Of a DNA stretch of 53,357 nt, positions 11,453 to 22,400 are shown piece by piece. Origin of the DNA: Cladosporium halotolerans (Eukaryota); NCBI RefSeq assembly GCF_011745625.1, contig NW_027191500.1, forward strand, positions 62,001-115,357. The letters run 5' to 3'. Both the position numbers and the translations under genes were made by a program. The notes beneath the pieces were generated by a model. That model had not been told where the DNA came from and did no database searches. It saw only the letters and a program-made list of their open reading frames with translations. Within the stretch, counting starts at the first letter, position 1, and every line of letters begins with the position of its first letter.

Positions 11453-12400
11453 CTATTCGCACAGTCTCAGCTCCAGCTGCTTCAGCTGACACCAGAAATC
11501 CCACGCCGCTCGGCTTTGCAGCGCAACGGTGGAAGTCAAAGCGAATACGATGCTGCCGACATCCGTAGGATGAATCCACCCCACATTACCATTCCAAGCG
11601 CTGACTGAAAACAGGATGAAATTCCAGGTTCCATGATATCCCACCGGCCTTGCGAGCACCCGCCACATGGAGAGATTTTCGCCTCGAGAATCTCGGCGGA
11701 TTGATTGCAGACTTGTCAAGAGTGCCATGATGGTATGGCCCGTTGCCGAGAAAATGGCGCGCTCGAAAAGCATGAGAGCAATCATGCTGCTCTTCTCGCC
11801 CTTCTCGACCGAAGCGTAGGTGACAAGAATGTTTTCGATGGTGCCGAATCCCAAGCCAGCTGCAGCGGCGTAGATGAGGTATTCATGCTCTTGCTTTGGT
11901 TGGGCACGCCAGACTGCGAAGCGAAGTGCAAAATATTTCAGTCCTTCCTCGACTGCACTTGCCCCAACATAAGACAGAATAACGAGGATCAAGGAGTATC
12001 GCGGGTTCCACGCCATCTGCCTTCGCACGTCGATTGCCTCCGTTGACAGCCCTTCAACAGTCACGCGTTGGAGTTCTCTCATGTATGATTGACTGTGAGA
12101 TCCGAAAAGTAGCTTGAAGAAGACGTGGCACAGCGACAACTGGATTGCACCAGCAATGGCGGGACCGAGAATGCTAGTCCCCAAATAAGTCCATGCTGTG
12201 ACTTCAGTATTACCGGAATCTTGGTGTGGCAATCTGCGAAGCTTCCATGCCGCAATGATCGTTGGCGATAGCAGCAGCGGAGTCAGAGCAGCAGTGGGGG
12301 GAGAGCAATATGCCAGGCCGGCGAAACTGGCAGGCAAGCCAACAGTGTAGAGTAGACGCATCGGCAAAGATGATCGAGGGGTCGGAGCAGGTGAAGTCAT
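11453..12400 (-). CDS. PrsW-family intramembrane glutamic/metalloprotease, intronless
   Basis: Multi-TM ORF with VEEGLK (EExxK), AAGLGFGTIENI (FxxxEN), a conserved H (TGH) and HGTWN (HxxxN/D), the four PrsW motifs. Confidence 0.88.
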   Translation of the reverse strand: MTSPAPTPRSSLPMRLLYTVGLPASFAGLAYCSPPTAALTPLLLSPTIIAAWKLRRLPHQDSGNTEVTAWTYLGTSILGPAIAGAIQLSLCHVFFKLLFGSHSQSYMRELQRVTVEGLSTEAIDVRRQMAWNPRYSLILVILSYVGASAVEEGLKYFALRFAVWRAQPKQEHEYLIYAAAAGLGFGTIENILVTYASVEKGEKSSMIALMLFERAIFSATGHTIMALLTSLQSIRRDSRGENLSMWRVLARPVGYHGTWNFILFSVSAWNGNVGWIHPTDVGSIVFALTSTVALQSRAAWDFWCQLKQLELRLCE

Positions 12401-13152
12401 ATTCAAGCAGTGCAAACGTGTTTGGCGGACTTCAAGTGGACTCAGCGTCAAATGATGAGTGACTTGCTCGTCCTCCTTGTCATGCGTGTTGTGTAGATTT
12501 CAAGAATGGCGAACAGATGGAACCGTCTAATAATGTCAAGAACAGGAGCATAGAGTCTCGACAGTCTCCTCGATCTAATCAGCGAGAGGTATGGGTCACA
12601 CGTCTCGGCGCCTAGTAGAATCGAAGCTCAGAGGATTGCTTGGGGATTTTTTTTAGCGAACGCGAAGTGCGGGTCGCATGCGTGCCAAAGTCCAGATCGC
12701 GAGACATTCTGAAAGCATTCACAAGCCATGCGAGGCAGGACTATTGTACTTTCGCCCTGCGTGGGAGAAGAATAGCTCAGACAACGGAGGCATGAGGAAA
12801 GCCAACAGTTAGATCGAATCGCGTGCGAATAGCGAATACTGCTGGAAGGCTCGCTCTCGACATACCTGGGTACTCTTTGGGGGTCTCGGAGATCATTTTC
12901 CATTCTACTGTCTCCATCTCTAATTGCCGGACTCAGTTTCTGTATCGATATGGTCTTAATTTGTCGAGAACAGAGAAAAGAAATGGCACCCATCGTAAAT
13001 GGGATGCAACAAACGCCGAGACAGAGCACCATTCGCCGAAGGCTGCGGGTCTGATCGTGGCGCTAGGCCGCATTAGGCACCCGAGGAACTTCTTTGAAGA
13101 TCAGCCATTAAATCTTTCAAGTCGCAAACCCCGCCATACAGAACCCCGTAAA

Positions 13153-14052
13153 ATGTCCGACAGCGATTCTGAGCAGGCCGGTGTGCCTTTGATTGAAGAC
13201 CTCTCTGACTCCGACGCTCCAGCACCCACCAACGGCGGCAAGAGAAAGCGAGAGAACGATGCGGCGACCGAATCGAAGCGAGCGGCGAAGCGAAAGAAGG
13301 CGAAGAAGCCTAAGGATGTGCAAGACGATGCATTGGATGAGGAAAAGGGCGTAAACCATGCGATTGCGCATATGGATAGCAGCCTTATGGCGGATCACAT
13401 TGCGCAGCGTACAAAGAGATTCAGGCCTGATGTGAGCTTGGTGGAGGCGGAGGATCTGCATGTACCCTGTAAGACTTGAGAATACTGCTGTGATGACAGT
13501 GGGGATATGCTGACATTGGATACAGCGAGTGCGATCTTGGACACTACAAGTAATACCGAGACGAGAACGACAGATCAGCTTCCGGGATTCCTCGAGCAGT
13601 TTGCCGGACCGAGGAGGAGTAAGAAGGGCAGCAAACTTATGAATGCCCCAGAAGCCAAGGGTTCACCACATACCTTGGTGGTTGCCGCTGGAGGCTTACG
13701 TGCAGCCGACTTGACACGAGCGCTGCGTAAGTTTCAGACGAAGGAGAGCATGGTCGCGAAGCTGTTCGCAAAGCACATCAAGTTAAAGGAAGCGATTGAG
13801 ACGGTCAAGAAGATGAGGATGGGAGTCGGTGTTGGTACACCACAGAGAATCATCGACTTGCTCAATGACGGTGCTCTCAAGGCGGACTGCATTGAGCGTA
13901 TTGTCATTGATGCTTCACACATCGATATGAAAAAGCGCGGGATTTTGGACATGAAGGAAACTCAAATCCCTTTGGTCGATCTGCTGACTAGAGCTGATCT
14001 GAAGGATAGATTTGGTCACGGTGAGGGCAAGATCGAGCTGCTTTTCTTTTGA
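13153..14052 (+). CDS. CMS1: Cms1, 90S pre-ribosome-associated protein (2 exons)
   Basis: Acidic/basic N-terminus; GSPHTLVVAAGGLRAADLTRALR, AKLFAKHIKL, VGTPQRIIDL, IDASHIDMKKRGILDM. Intron 13469-13525. Confidence 0.92.
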
Positions 14053-14564
14053 TGGAGCGGCAATGCTACAAGTGTGCGACTCATTGATACCCTGCCTAGT
14101 GAAGGTTCTGTACCAATAAATCCAAGTAACTCGGCCCTGCCATTCTCAGTGAGCAAACACGGTCTATTGCCGGAGTTTTATAGATCACAGTGACGACATC
14201 CCCAAAGGTTCTTGCTAGTCGTCGTATGCTACTGAAACTGAGCCTAGCACTGCAGCGAAGCCACGTATTTGGTGTGGATCATCTGAATGATTGCCGTAGT
14301 GCAAGTGAAGTCATCCAAGTCATGCCAACGCTCGCGCCTTCCACGTGTGGTAAGATGGAGGGGCACCTGCCACACCTGTGTACAACTCACCCACGATAAC
14401 TGATGAGCAGGTTTCTTATCACCACCGACCTTTTCCGCACTCTTTCACGGACGGCAATACTCTTTCTTCTGTCATAGCCTTTGCGACAGGCTCACCAAGA
14501 CGCCACAGCGCCACCGGCGACCAAGCCAAGCAAGCTATACAAGAAGCAGATAGCCAGCATCCTC

Positions 14565-15833
14565 ATGGCTTCATTCCCGCGCCTCATCATTCTGCTGCAC
14601 CTTGTGGTGGCAGCATTGCTCACGATCGCACCACAAGCCAGCGCTCTTGGTCGTGAGTGAAGAATTTCCAAGGTCATTTGCTCCTAGTCTGACCCTTGGC
14701 TATAGTGTGTGCCAAAGCCTGCTACATGAAGTACGCTCACAGATTATCCGAATGCGATGGCTTCGTTCGCGGCATCGACTGCCTTTGCCAGAAGGGCGAG
14801 GTACCGGAGGTAGGTTTTATCGCGCCCTTCCACCGACCAATGTCTGACAGATTGACAGCAACTTGTTTCTCTCTGCCATGCCAGGTGCACCGACGGTGTC
14901 TGGGACGCTGTTTTGGATTCAAAACCATGCGCCTCCTCTGGAAATGGTGTCACTGAGCTGAAGTTAATCACCCACCTTGCCTCCACGAGCACCAACGCCC
15001 GCCAAGCCAGTCTCAGCCACGGCGTCAACGTTCAGGAGGTAATGAAGACGGAAAGATTCCATCAAGGCTATGCCACAGACCGAGAAGCGCGTCAGCAAAG
15101 GCGCGCGATCATCGCCAACAGCAGATTTGCTCGTCAGGTTGGGCACGCGGAGCTGAAGTCCTATCCCGTGACCCAGGGGGCATCACCAGTGTCTAAAGAC
15201 GACCCTCACCGCAAAGGCGGCGAACCAAATGATGGACCTCATTGGGCACTTAACTCCTGCGGGTTGCCAGGAGAGTCCTGCGCCGGCAGCAGCAGTGGTG
15301 GTGCCAAGAATAAACGTAGCCTCCAGTCGGAGAAGCCGGGAGACCTGAAAGCCACTCCTGTGATCAAGCCTGACCCAACACTGGTGAGGCGCGCAGCAAC
15401 GACTCGCCCGGCCTTCACCTGGAATCCAACGCTGTGCACTGCTCCTGGTATTCCTTGTGCTGGGGGCGCCGCCCTCAACGGTCTGGCCAAGTTTGCCGAA
15501 GACGCCAAAGTCGAGAGTACCACGCAAGATGACTCTCCCGAAGTGGTGAAGCGCGATCTGAGTTCCCGCAAAGCTACCCGCGATGACAAAGGATGGAGAC
15601 CAACGCTTTGCGGAGTGCCAGGCATCTCTTGTGCTGGATCCGGCAATGGTGATGGCACTCGCACGAAGCGAAGCACACCGCTCACCGACAGCCCCAACGC
15701 AGCGCCACTTCGTCCTGATGCTAGGTTGATGATCCAGGCGCATGAGCCGAAGGTACACAAGGCCGAGGCTGGCCATGGCAGTGCTTTCGAAGCCAGCGTC
15801 CACGCCGACTTTGAGGCTTCAGATGGCCAATAA
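14565..15833 (+). CDS. Secreted protein: signal peptide + CFEM-like 8-Cys domain + three Cys-Pro-Gly peptide repeats flanked by dibasic sites (3 exons)
   Basis: Exon 1 14565-14652 (MASFPRLIILLHLVVAALLTIAPQASA, signal peptide). Introns 14653-14705 and 14810-14858 (alternative donor at 14801) are phase-compatible. The spliced product contains CAKAC-x10-C-x8-CLC-x12-CHARC-x13-C and continues into the 14913-15833 ORF. Confidence 0.8.
15243..15638 (+). repeat. Three copies of the peptide motif W-x4-C-x2-P-G-x2-C-A-G at 58-59 codon spacing
   Basis: WALNSCGLPGESCAG (15243), WNPTLCTAPGIPCAG (15420), WRPTLCGVPGISCAG (15594). Confidence 0.9.
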
Positions 15834-16373
15834 GATGGCTGCGTTCAAGTCGAACTTGCCCACTCACCAACGAGAAGGGTGTCGCAGGGGACATTTACGA
15901 AGGGTTATGGCGTCGGAAATGTGGGAGGTTTATGATGGGTCTGAGTTCAACAAAGTGAATTCTGCTGCTCGACATGAGCAGCAAACCTACATATAGCTAC
16001 ATGGAATTACGTCCCTGATGGCGATGATAACGCTGTAGAGTCGAGTAGCTTTCTTTGATGCGTTCGGATTGCTTTCGGTTGGCACGTCCAATCGCCGCTG
16101 CTCCATCGCAACGGGGGCCTTCATTCGGCAAGCTGAGTTGGTCGAAGGCCTAGATTCTATTCCGCTGTCCTTCATTAACAGATCGACAGAGGCGGCCGAG
16201 CGCTTGCTGAGGGTAGGCACACAGCAGGGGGCCGCTGCGGACTCCTATGTGAAAGCTTGGACGGCTGTCAAGCTGGCTAAGCGACTCAGAGCGCACAGCC
16301 AGATTGCTGGCATCCTGGAGCTGAGAGCCGGTCAAACCGGCAGTTCGATTTTCAAGATTCTCTCGCCCTTCTC

Positions 16374-18182
16374 TCAGCCGATCCAGACGCCACCGCCACC
16401 TGAGCCGCGGTGCTTGTAGATATCATCACCAATCGACTCCTTCGCTACCCTCTCCTTCAACTTCTCAACCTCTTGCATCTCGGCCTCGAGCACGCCCACA
16501 CGCGCCTCGTCGAGCGTCTGCCCTTTCACGCCACCGTTGCCGCCAAACCAGCCGCGCCACTCGAACCATCCTGCGCTCTGCCCGCCTTCTCTAGCGCGCA
16601 GGTCGACATTCGTGTCGGCGAGCTTGAGGAGCATGGCTTCCCAATTCGACGCACCAGCGCGAAGGCAGGATTTGCACTGCTGCTTCTCTTCGGGCGTAAG
16701 GTAGTGCTGGCCTTTGCTGGCGTCCAAATTCGCCTCGGCAATTTGCGTCGCTTGCTTCGTCCAGCTGAGTCCTTCTGCGGAGTTGGGCGAGCTCGCGAAG
16801 AGAATCTCGCCGATGTACAGCATCAGCTCGCCTTCATCGCAGGTCGAGAGAGGAGTCTCGCGCACGAACGGTCTGTCGCCAGATGGTGGTTGAGAGGGGA
16901 AGACAGGGGCGCGGAAAAGGCTGGAGATCATGGAGACGGCGGCATCGAGGTCGGAGCCACCTTCGGATTGCTTGGATGGTGCAATGCGTCGGGCAGGATT
17001 AGGCGAGACAGGTGCGGAGCGTCGCGCACGGAGGACAGAGAGAAAGATTGGGAGGGCAAAGGCTACATCGCCATCGCGGGCGCGGTGTGTGGCTAGTTTC
17101 GTGACGGCATCGAGTATGTTCGGGGTTGCTGTTTCAGCGCCTGCCATCGCTGCTGCGTTGCTGGTCTGTCGATCCTTGAGGACCAACGTTTTCGGGTCAA
17201 GCACAGCATCCGGAGTTTGCAGAGCGGATTTCGCAATGTCGACGCCCCATTTGTACATTTCTTCGGCACTGTCGTTGAGACCCGTCTGCTCCAGCCATGC
17301 AGCGTATTTCCACGCAGCTTCAAGGCGCTGCTTGGTAGTGAAGCCTTTGCCGGTCAGCACGCGCATGTAGAAGCTCTCCGGCGTGTCGAACGCTCTAGTA
17401 GTGTTCTCTTCCAGAGGTGGAGTCCCCATGTAAGCTGCTGGCGGCCTCGGATCCGGGTTCGAGGGTCCGATCACGACCTCTTTCGGGAAAACAAGGCGTC
17501 GCGTAGTATCCAAGACCATGTCGTTCAAATGCTCAGCAGTCTCCGCACAGCCCATCAGCACCTCGAAGTACCCAGCTCGCCACTCCCAGCTCTTGTTAGA
17601 AATGTCCAGGCCTGCCTTCCCAACATCGGGTATCACGATGCCTTCCCCATCTGCTTGTTCCATCACATCTTTTCCATCGGTCGATCCCTCCAGTCGCAAA
17701 AGTGCTTTCATGTAGTCCGACCCGACCATCGCCCAGTCCACAAGGCCTATCCTGCTGCGGTCTTCTCTTGCGAATCTGGCTCCTCGCACATAGTTCTTCG
17801 TCCAGAAAGTCCATTCCGCAGGAGTAGGGTTGTTTCGCTCGTCAATCGCAATCTGTATGCCGAACCAGGAAATACCGGCGAGCGCTAGAAATGTCCAGCC
17901 GATCAGAGTCCATCGCGCCGCGAGCACGGTCTGGTCCTTGACATAGCGCTTGGTCTCCGTACTGAGCAGACGCAGCACTTGCTGATCGAGAGGCGACAAT
18001 CGACGCGCAAGGTGAGGCTGTGAGAGATATGGGAGCTGTGGACGAATCGTGTGCCTCGTGAGCACGAGGAGCTTGCTGTTCTGCGTGAATGCGCGCGGTC
18101 GTGGGAGGATTCCATTTGCGGTCGGTGATCGATGAGCTCGAATTGCTGGCAACCGGCCTCCTGCCGCTGCTCTTGACAACAT
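16374..18182 (-). CDS. Conserved fungal hypothetical protein, probably mitochondrial (presequence, one TM, TPR-like helical region)
   Basis: About 600-aa intronless ORF. Arg/Ser/Leu-rich N-terminus lacking acidic residues; hydrophobic segment WTLIGWTFLALAGISWFGI; motif FPKEVVIGPSNPDPRP. Confidence 0.8.
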   Translation of the reverse strand: MLSRAAAGGRLPAIRAHRSPTANGILPRPRAFTQNSKLLVLTRHTIRPQLPYLSQPHLARRLSPLDQQVLRLLSTETKRYVKDQTVLAARWTLIGWTFLALAGISWFGIQIAIDERNNPTPAEWTFWTKNYVRGARFAREDRSRIGLVDWAMVGSDYMKALLRLEGSTDGKDVMEQADGEGIVIPDVGKAGLDISNKSWEWRAGYFEVLMGCAETAEHLNDMVLDTTRRLVFPKEVVIGPSNPDPRPPAAYMGTPPLEENTTRAFDTPESFYMRVLTGKGFTTKQRLEAAWKYAAWLEQTGLNDSAEEMYKWGVDIAKSALQTPDAVLDPKTLVLKDRQTSNAAAMAGAETATPNILDAVTKLATHRARDGDVAFALPIFLSVLRARRSAPVSPNPARRIAPSKQSEGGSDLDAAVSMISSLFRAPVFPSQPPSGDRPFVRETPLSTCDEGELMLYIGEILFASSPNSAEGLSWTKQATQIAEANLDASKGQHYLTPEEKQQCKSCLRAGASNWEAMLLKLADTNVDLRAREGGQSAGWFEWRGWFGGNGGVKGQTLDEARVGVLEAEMQEVEKLKERVAKESIGDDIYKHRGSGGGGVWIG

Positions 18183-18405
18183 CGTTGGAGGTTGCAATAG
18201 CTGTGCTTCTCGCTAATGACTGCCTTCGTCCCGCTGCTATAGGACTTGATGATGCGCGGCTGGTGTCCCCGCGCTCCGCAACTTGCCCTTCCCTTTTGGG
18301 ACTAGCTTCAATACATCGTGCTGTGAGTTATGCTACATGTTGCTGCCGACTCATTGCGCAAGGACATGATTTTAGGAAGACGAAGTTTGAAGTGGCATAT
18401 CAAGA

Positions 18406-19149
18406 ATGGAGACCCCAGGGCCGGAGAGCGTCACATTGAAACCCTCCGACCAGACCCTCGCGGAGCTGGAAGACCGGCTGGACAATCTCTGGGAAACGTA
18501 CCTGGCGCTTTTGGACAAGTACACGAAAGCACAAGATGAGCTCAAGAAGCATCTGACTTCTGGCTTCTTATCCTTGGCAAAAGCGCAGTCCAGCGCGCCG
18601 CTTGGTAGACGCTACGGCCAGGATTGGTACGACGAGCGAATGAAGGCTGCTCGACGCGTTCAGGTATCGACCGATCCATCCCAACAGAGCAAAGGCTCGG
18701 AGATGGCACGCATTGGGAATCTCAGGATCTCCATGGTGACAGCGAAATCGCAACCTGACAATGAAGAGCCACCTGTGGAATCGAGCGAGAAGCAGCCAGC
18801 GCAACAGCCTTCGCCACCAAGCACGCCAGAACCTGAAGTGTCAGCCGAGCAAACCGATGACGAACTGCCAAATCACGAGGAGAAGACACGCGCCTCTGAT
18901 TCATTGAAATGGTATGGCATCTTGGTGCCATCTGAGCTCAGGAAAGCCCAGGCGTCATTTTCTGCCATTCTTTCACACAATGGCACTACCAGCGAGGCTG
19001 AGGATCCTGCTGGCGAACAAAATCTAGTCACGGATGCCGTCAACGCCAGCCGAGGTCTGAGAGAAATGGAGACCGAGATCCGGAAGGTCAGGAAGGCAGT
19101 GAAAAAGGCGGAGAAGACAGAAAAGGCTAAGATTGCTGCTGTTGCTTGA
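18406..19149 (+). CDS. VMA22: V-ATPase assembly factor Vma22/CCDC115 family
   Basis: LDNLWETYLALLDKY...GFLSLAKAQ...RRYGQDWYDERMKA and LKWYGILVPSELRKAQASF motifs; C-terminal coiled coil. Confidence 0.85.
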   Translation: METPGPESVTLKPSDQTLAELEDRLDNLWETYLALLDKYTKAQDELKKHLTSGFLSLAKAQSSAPLGRRYGQDWYDERMKAARRVQVSTDPSQQSKGSEMARIGNLRISMVTAKSQPDNEEPPVESSEKQPAQQPSPPSTPEPEVSAEQTDDELPNHEEKTRASDSLKWYGILVPSELRKAQASFSAILSHNGTTSEAEDPAGEQNLVTDAVNASRGLREMETEIRKVRKAVKKAEKTEKAKIAAVA

Positions 19150-19478
19150 GATACTCACATGCCTTGACAACTCACATGCTGAGTTATCTGATCACTTTTC
19201 ACCGTCCTAGCAGACTTCTATGTTCTTCGAAAGCTTGTTGGCAGTCGGTCTCATGAGCGTAAGCCATTTGTGACGATGCGGTGTTTGCTCGTCAGGCCTT
19301 GCTTCCCCGCCATATATATCTGCTATGTACGTTTCCCTTGGGCTTCGAGTTCGATTCATGTTCAGTTCCTGCACGATCAGATCCAACACCTACGAAGCTG
19401 CTGTTTCTCTTCATTTGTATCGATACCACCAACCTAACTCCGTTGCCTTGACTGCAATCCAGGCGGAAGCTTGCAAGT

Positions 19479-22400
19479 ATGAGAGCACGGCGCTCGTGCG
19501 GTCATGCGCTACCAAGCCTGTTACTTTTCCAGCTTCTCGTGCTTTTCAATTTCTGGGGTGTCATAGCAAAAGTACACTTACCTCAAAACGTCGGGGAGCA
19601 ACCGGAACATGTATTGGCACGGCACGAGAGCATCCCTCCAGCCTCGTCATCCGTATCAGAGATCCAGTGTACTTCTACAGAACTCCAAGGCCATGGCTGC
19701 CAGGGTGCTCAAAGGTGCCCTCCGTCGCGGAAACTGGCTCACCACTCGGAGCATGACGATCCAAGAGCTTTACTGAAGACGAACGGAACCCTTTTCCCAC
19801 GCCAGGATAATGACGATGACAAAAGAGACTGGCAAGCATGGGTGAGCAAAGGGAAAGATCTTCTTGACATGCTTACATGTGGTACTGGTCCCCAAAGTAA
19901 GTGGACTTCCTTCGACGATTTGAAGACATGGGGTTGGTCACGAAAGGAAAAGAAAGTCGACTACCCAGGATTCCTCCCCAAAGACGTGCCAAAATACCTG
20001 GGGGATCCAGTCTTAGCGGACGAGCTTTGGGAAGTTGTCGACGAGCACACGAAGACTACGATCAATGACGATACGCTGTATTATGCAACCGATGCGATGT
20101 ATGGAAACTTTTACAGCTCTTCACTTATCATATCGGACACCAATTATGGCCCCGAAACCGAGGGCCCATCCCAAAATCCGCCGGTGGATGGCGAGAGGTA
20201 CCCGTTCCCAAAACTTGGTCGACTCAGCGATGTCCTTTTTCTAGAATTTCAAGAACGCATGGAAGTTCTCGAGAAGCCGACAAACAAACTCAAAGGACAC
20301 CTCAGAGCAGGCATCGTCAACCGGCATACCAAAACCATCGTCAAAAAGGCCCTCAATGATGACGGCAAAATATGGCCCAGTTGGCCAGGCCGCGACTTCA
20401 CACCGGACACAGAAGGATTTTCTGCTCTCTTGGCGAGTCCTAACGGGCGAGGTATGTTGATTGATACATCTCCTTTAGTTGAAATGATCTCACGCTGATA
20501 TTGTAGGGGTTGCGTGGTTCCTCGGAACCCACGTTGAACAGCTGGGCCACAAAACCATATCCAATATACGAGTACTTGGCCAGGGTGCCAAGCTTCACAT
20601 CCTGTTCGTCTTTGAGGATGTCGCCAGATCGCAGGATGATAAGCAGTCCACAAGCGAAACATTGGAGCAAACCCCCGAAGCAAATCCTACCAGCTTCGCG
20701 CACGCGCACGGTAACAGCCTTGCAGAGCATCCTGCAATTTTTATACGCAGCGACACCAAGCCTTCACCAACACAGTCTCCAACTGTTGTTGAATCTGGAG
20801 TGCCACGAGATTGGGAGCAATGGGTTTCCAAAGGTAAAGCTTACCTCGAGATGCTGAACTGTGGCACTGGCGAGCAGAGTATATGGAAATCGTACGACAA
20901 CTTGGAGGAGAATGGCTGGGAGCAAGCGCGGGTGCGACACCCGGTTTATATATACGACACGTCGGCCCTCAAGAGAGTCATGAGGCTTCTCAAAGTATCT
21001 TCGGAACCGCAAGACCAATGGGTTGTGTCCAGTAAGCATCTCAAAAAGACGACTAAGGATGGCAAGGTATACTATCCGACTGGAGCGAAGTACGAAAACA
21101 AATACAACATGGAGCTGATAACGGCGGAATCGAACTTCGGACCTCAGAACGAAGGCCCGAAGCAGAAAGAACCTCCTGTGACGGGTGATCCAAACCCCTT
21201 CCCTCCATTGAAACAGCAGAGCGACGTGATATACTTGGAGTTCACGCGGCTGATGAAGCTTAACAAAAAGCCTATTGACAAACTTAAGGGCTTCTTTCGG
21301 CCTTATATTGTCAACTCGGAAACTCGAAGTATTGTAGCGAAGGCATTGGGAATTCCTGTGGATCAATTTAGCATGATTCCAGAGTGGCCCGGCCACGACT
21401 TCGAGCCGGGTTCAGACGAGTTTGCGGCATTGCTCGCAAGCCCCAACGGGAGAGGCGTCGCCTGGTTTCTCGCTACACACAAGGATTTGGGACATAAGAC
21501 CATATCCAGCATCAAGGTGTTCAAGGATTTTGGACTTTGTATCCTGTTTGTCTTTGAAGACGTCAGAGGTGGACTCGACCAACAACAGCCTTCAAGCTCG
21601 GGATCTAGTGAGCTTATACGGAGACATTCAGCATTCGAGCTGAAGCGTCGAGCACTCTCTGATAGCCAGCGTAAAAAGTTCGTCACAAAAGGCAGAGATC
21701 TTCTGGCAGCTCTCGAATCTGAGTCTCATTGTTTCCCCGAGGCAACCTTCACAAACTATCAGGACCTGGACGACTGGGGCTGGACGGTTTTTATAGAGCG
21801 CGAAGGACTTGGCGCTATCAAGGAGTCTGCAACCCAGGTATACGACCTTTTAGGGGCTTCAATGGAGCCAGCGGAAAACATCATTGTTACTGATGACCAT
21901 GATGAGGCGAGGGAGAAAGGCTCAACCACCTATCATCCTACCGGAGCGTTGTACCTGAATCTTTACAATCCAAATCTAATAACGGCTATTTCGAATGATG
22001 GTCCAGCATCAGCAGGGAGACGGAAGGACCCTCCGGTTACGGGATCACCAGCAATGCCTTTCCCGATCTTGTCACACTCGTCGGACGTCATGTTTCTCGA
22101 ATTCCAAAGGACCATGGCAGAGATGAATCAACCAATGACGAAGCTGAAAGGCATCTGGCGAAATAATGTGATCAACGAAGAAACGGAGGAACTTGCGATT
22201 AGCATATCAAGCTCAACTGATGATATTTTCGGTATTCCTCGGTGGCCTGGCGTCGACATAGCCGCCAACAGCGACGAGCTGGCGGCTTTGGTTGCGGCAC
22301 CGAACGGTCTAGCAGTCGCATACCTCATGCTCCAGCACCGTCGACAATTGGGCTGGAAGACCGTCACTTCGGCCAAAATCTGGTACGAGAACTACAAATT

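Noticed and set aside
12823..13152. 110-codon N-terminal extension of CMS1 in the ORF track
   Set aside because: Starts at GTG, which is not a normal eukaryotic start; the ATG at 13153 has good context (aaaATG) and a typical Cms1 N-terminus.
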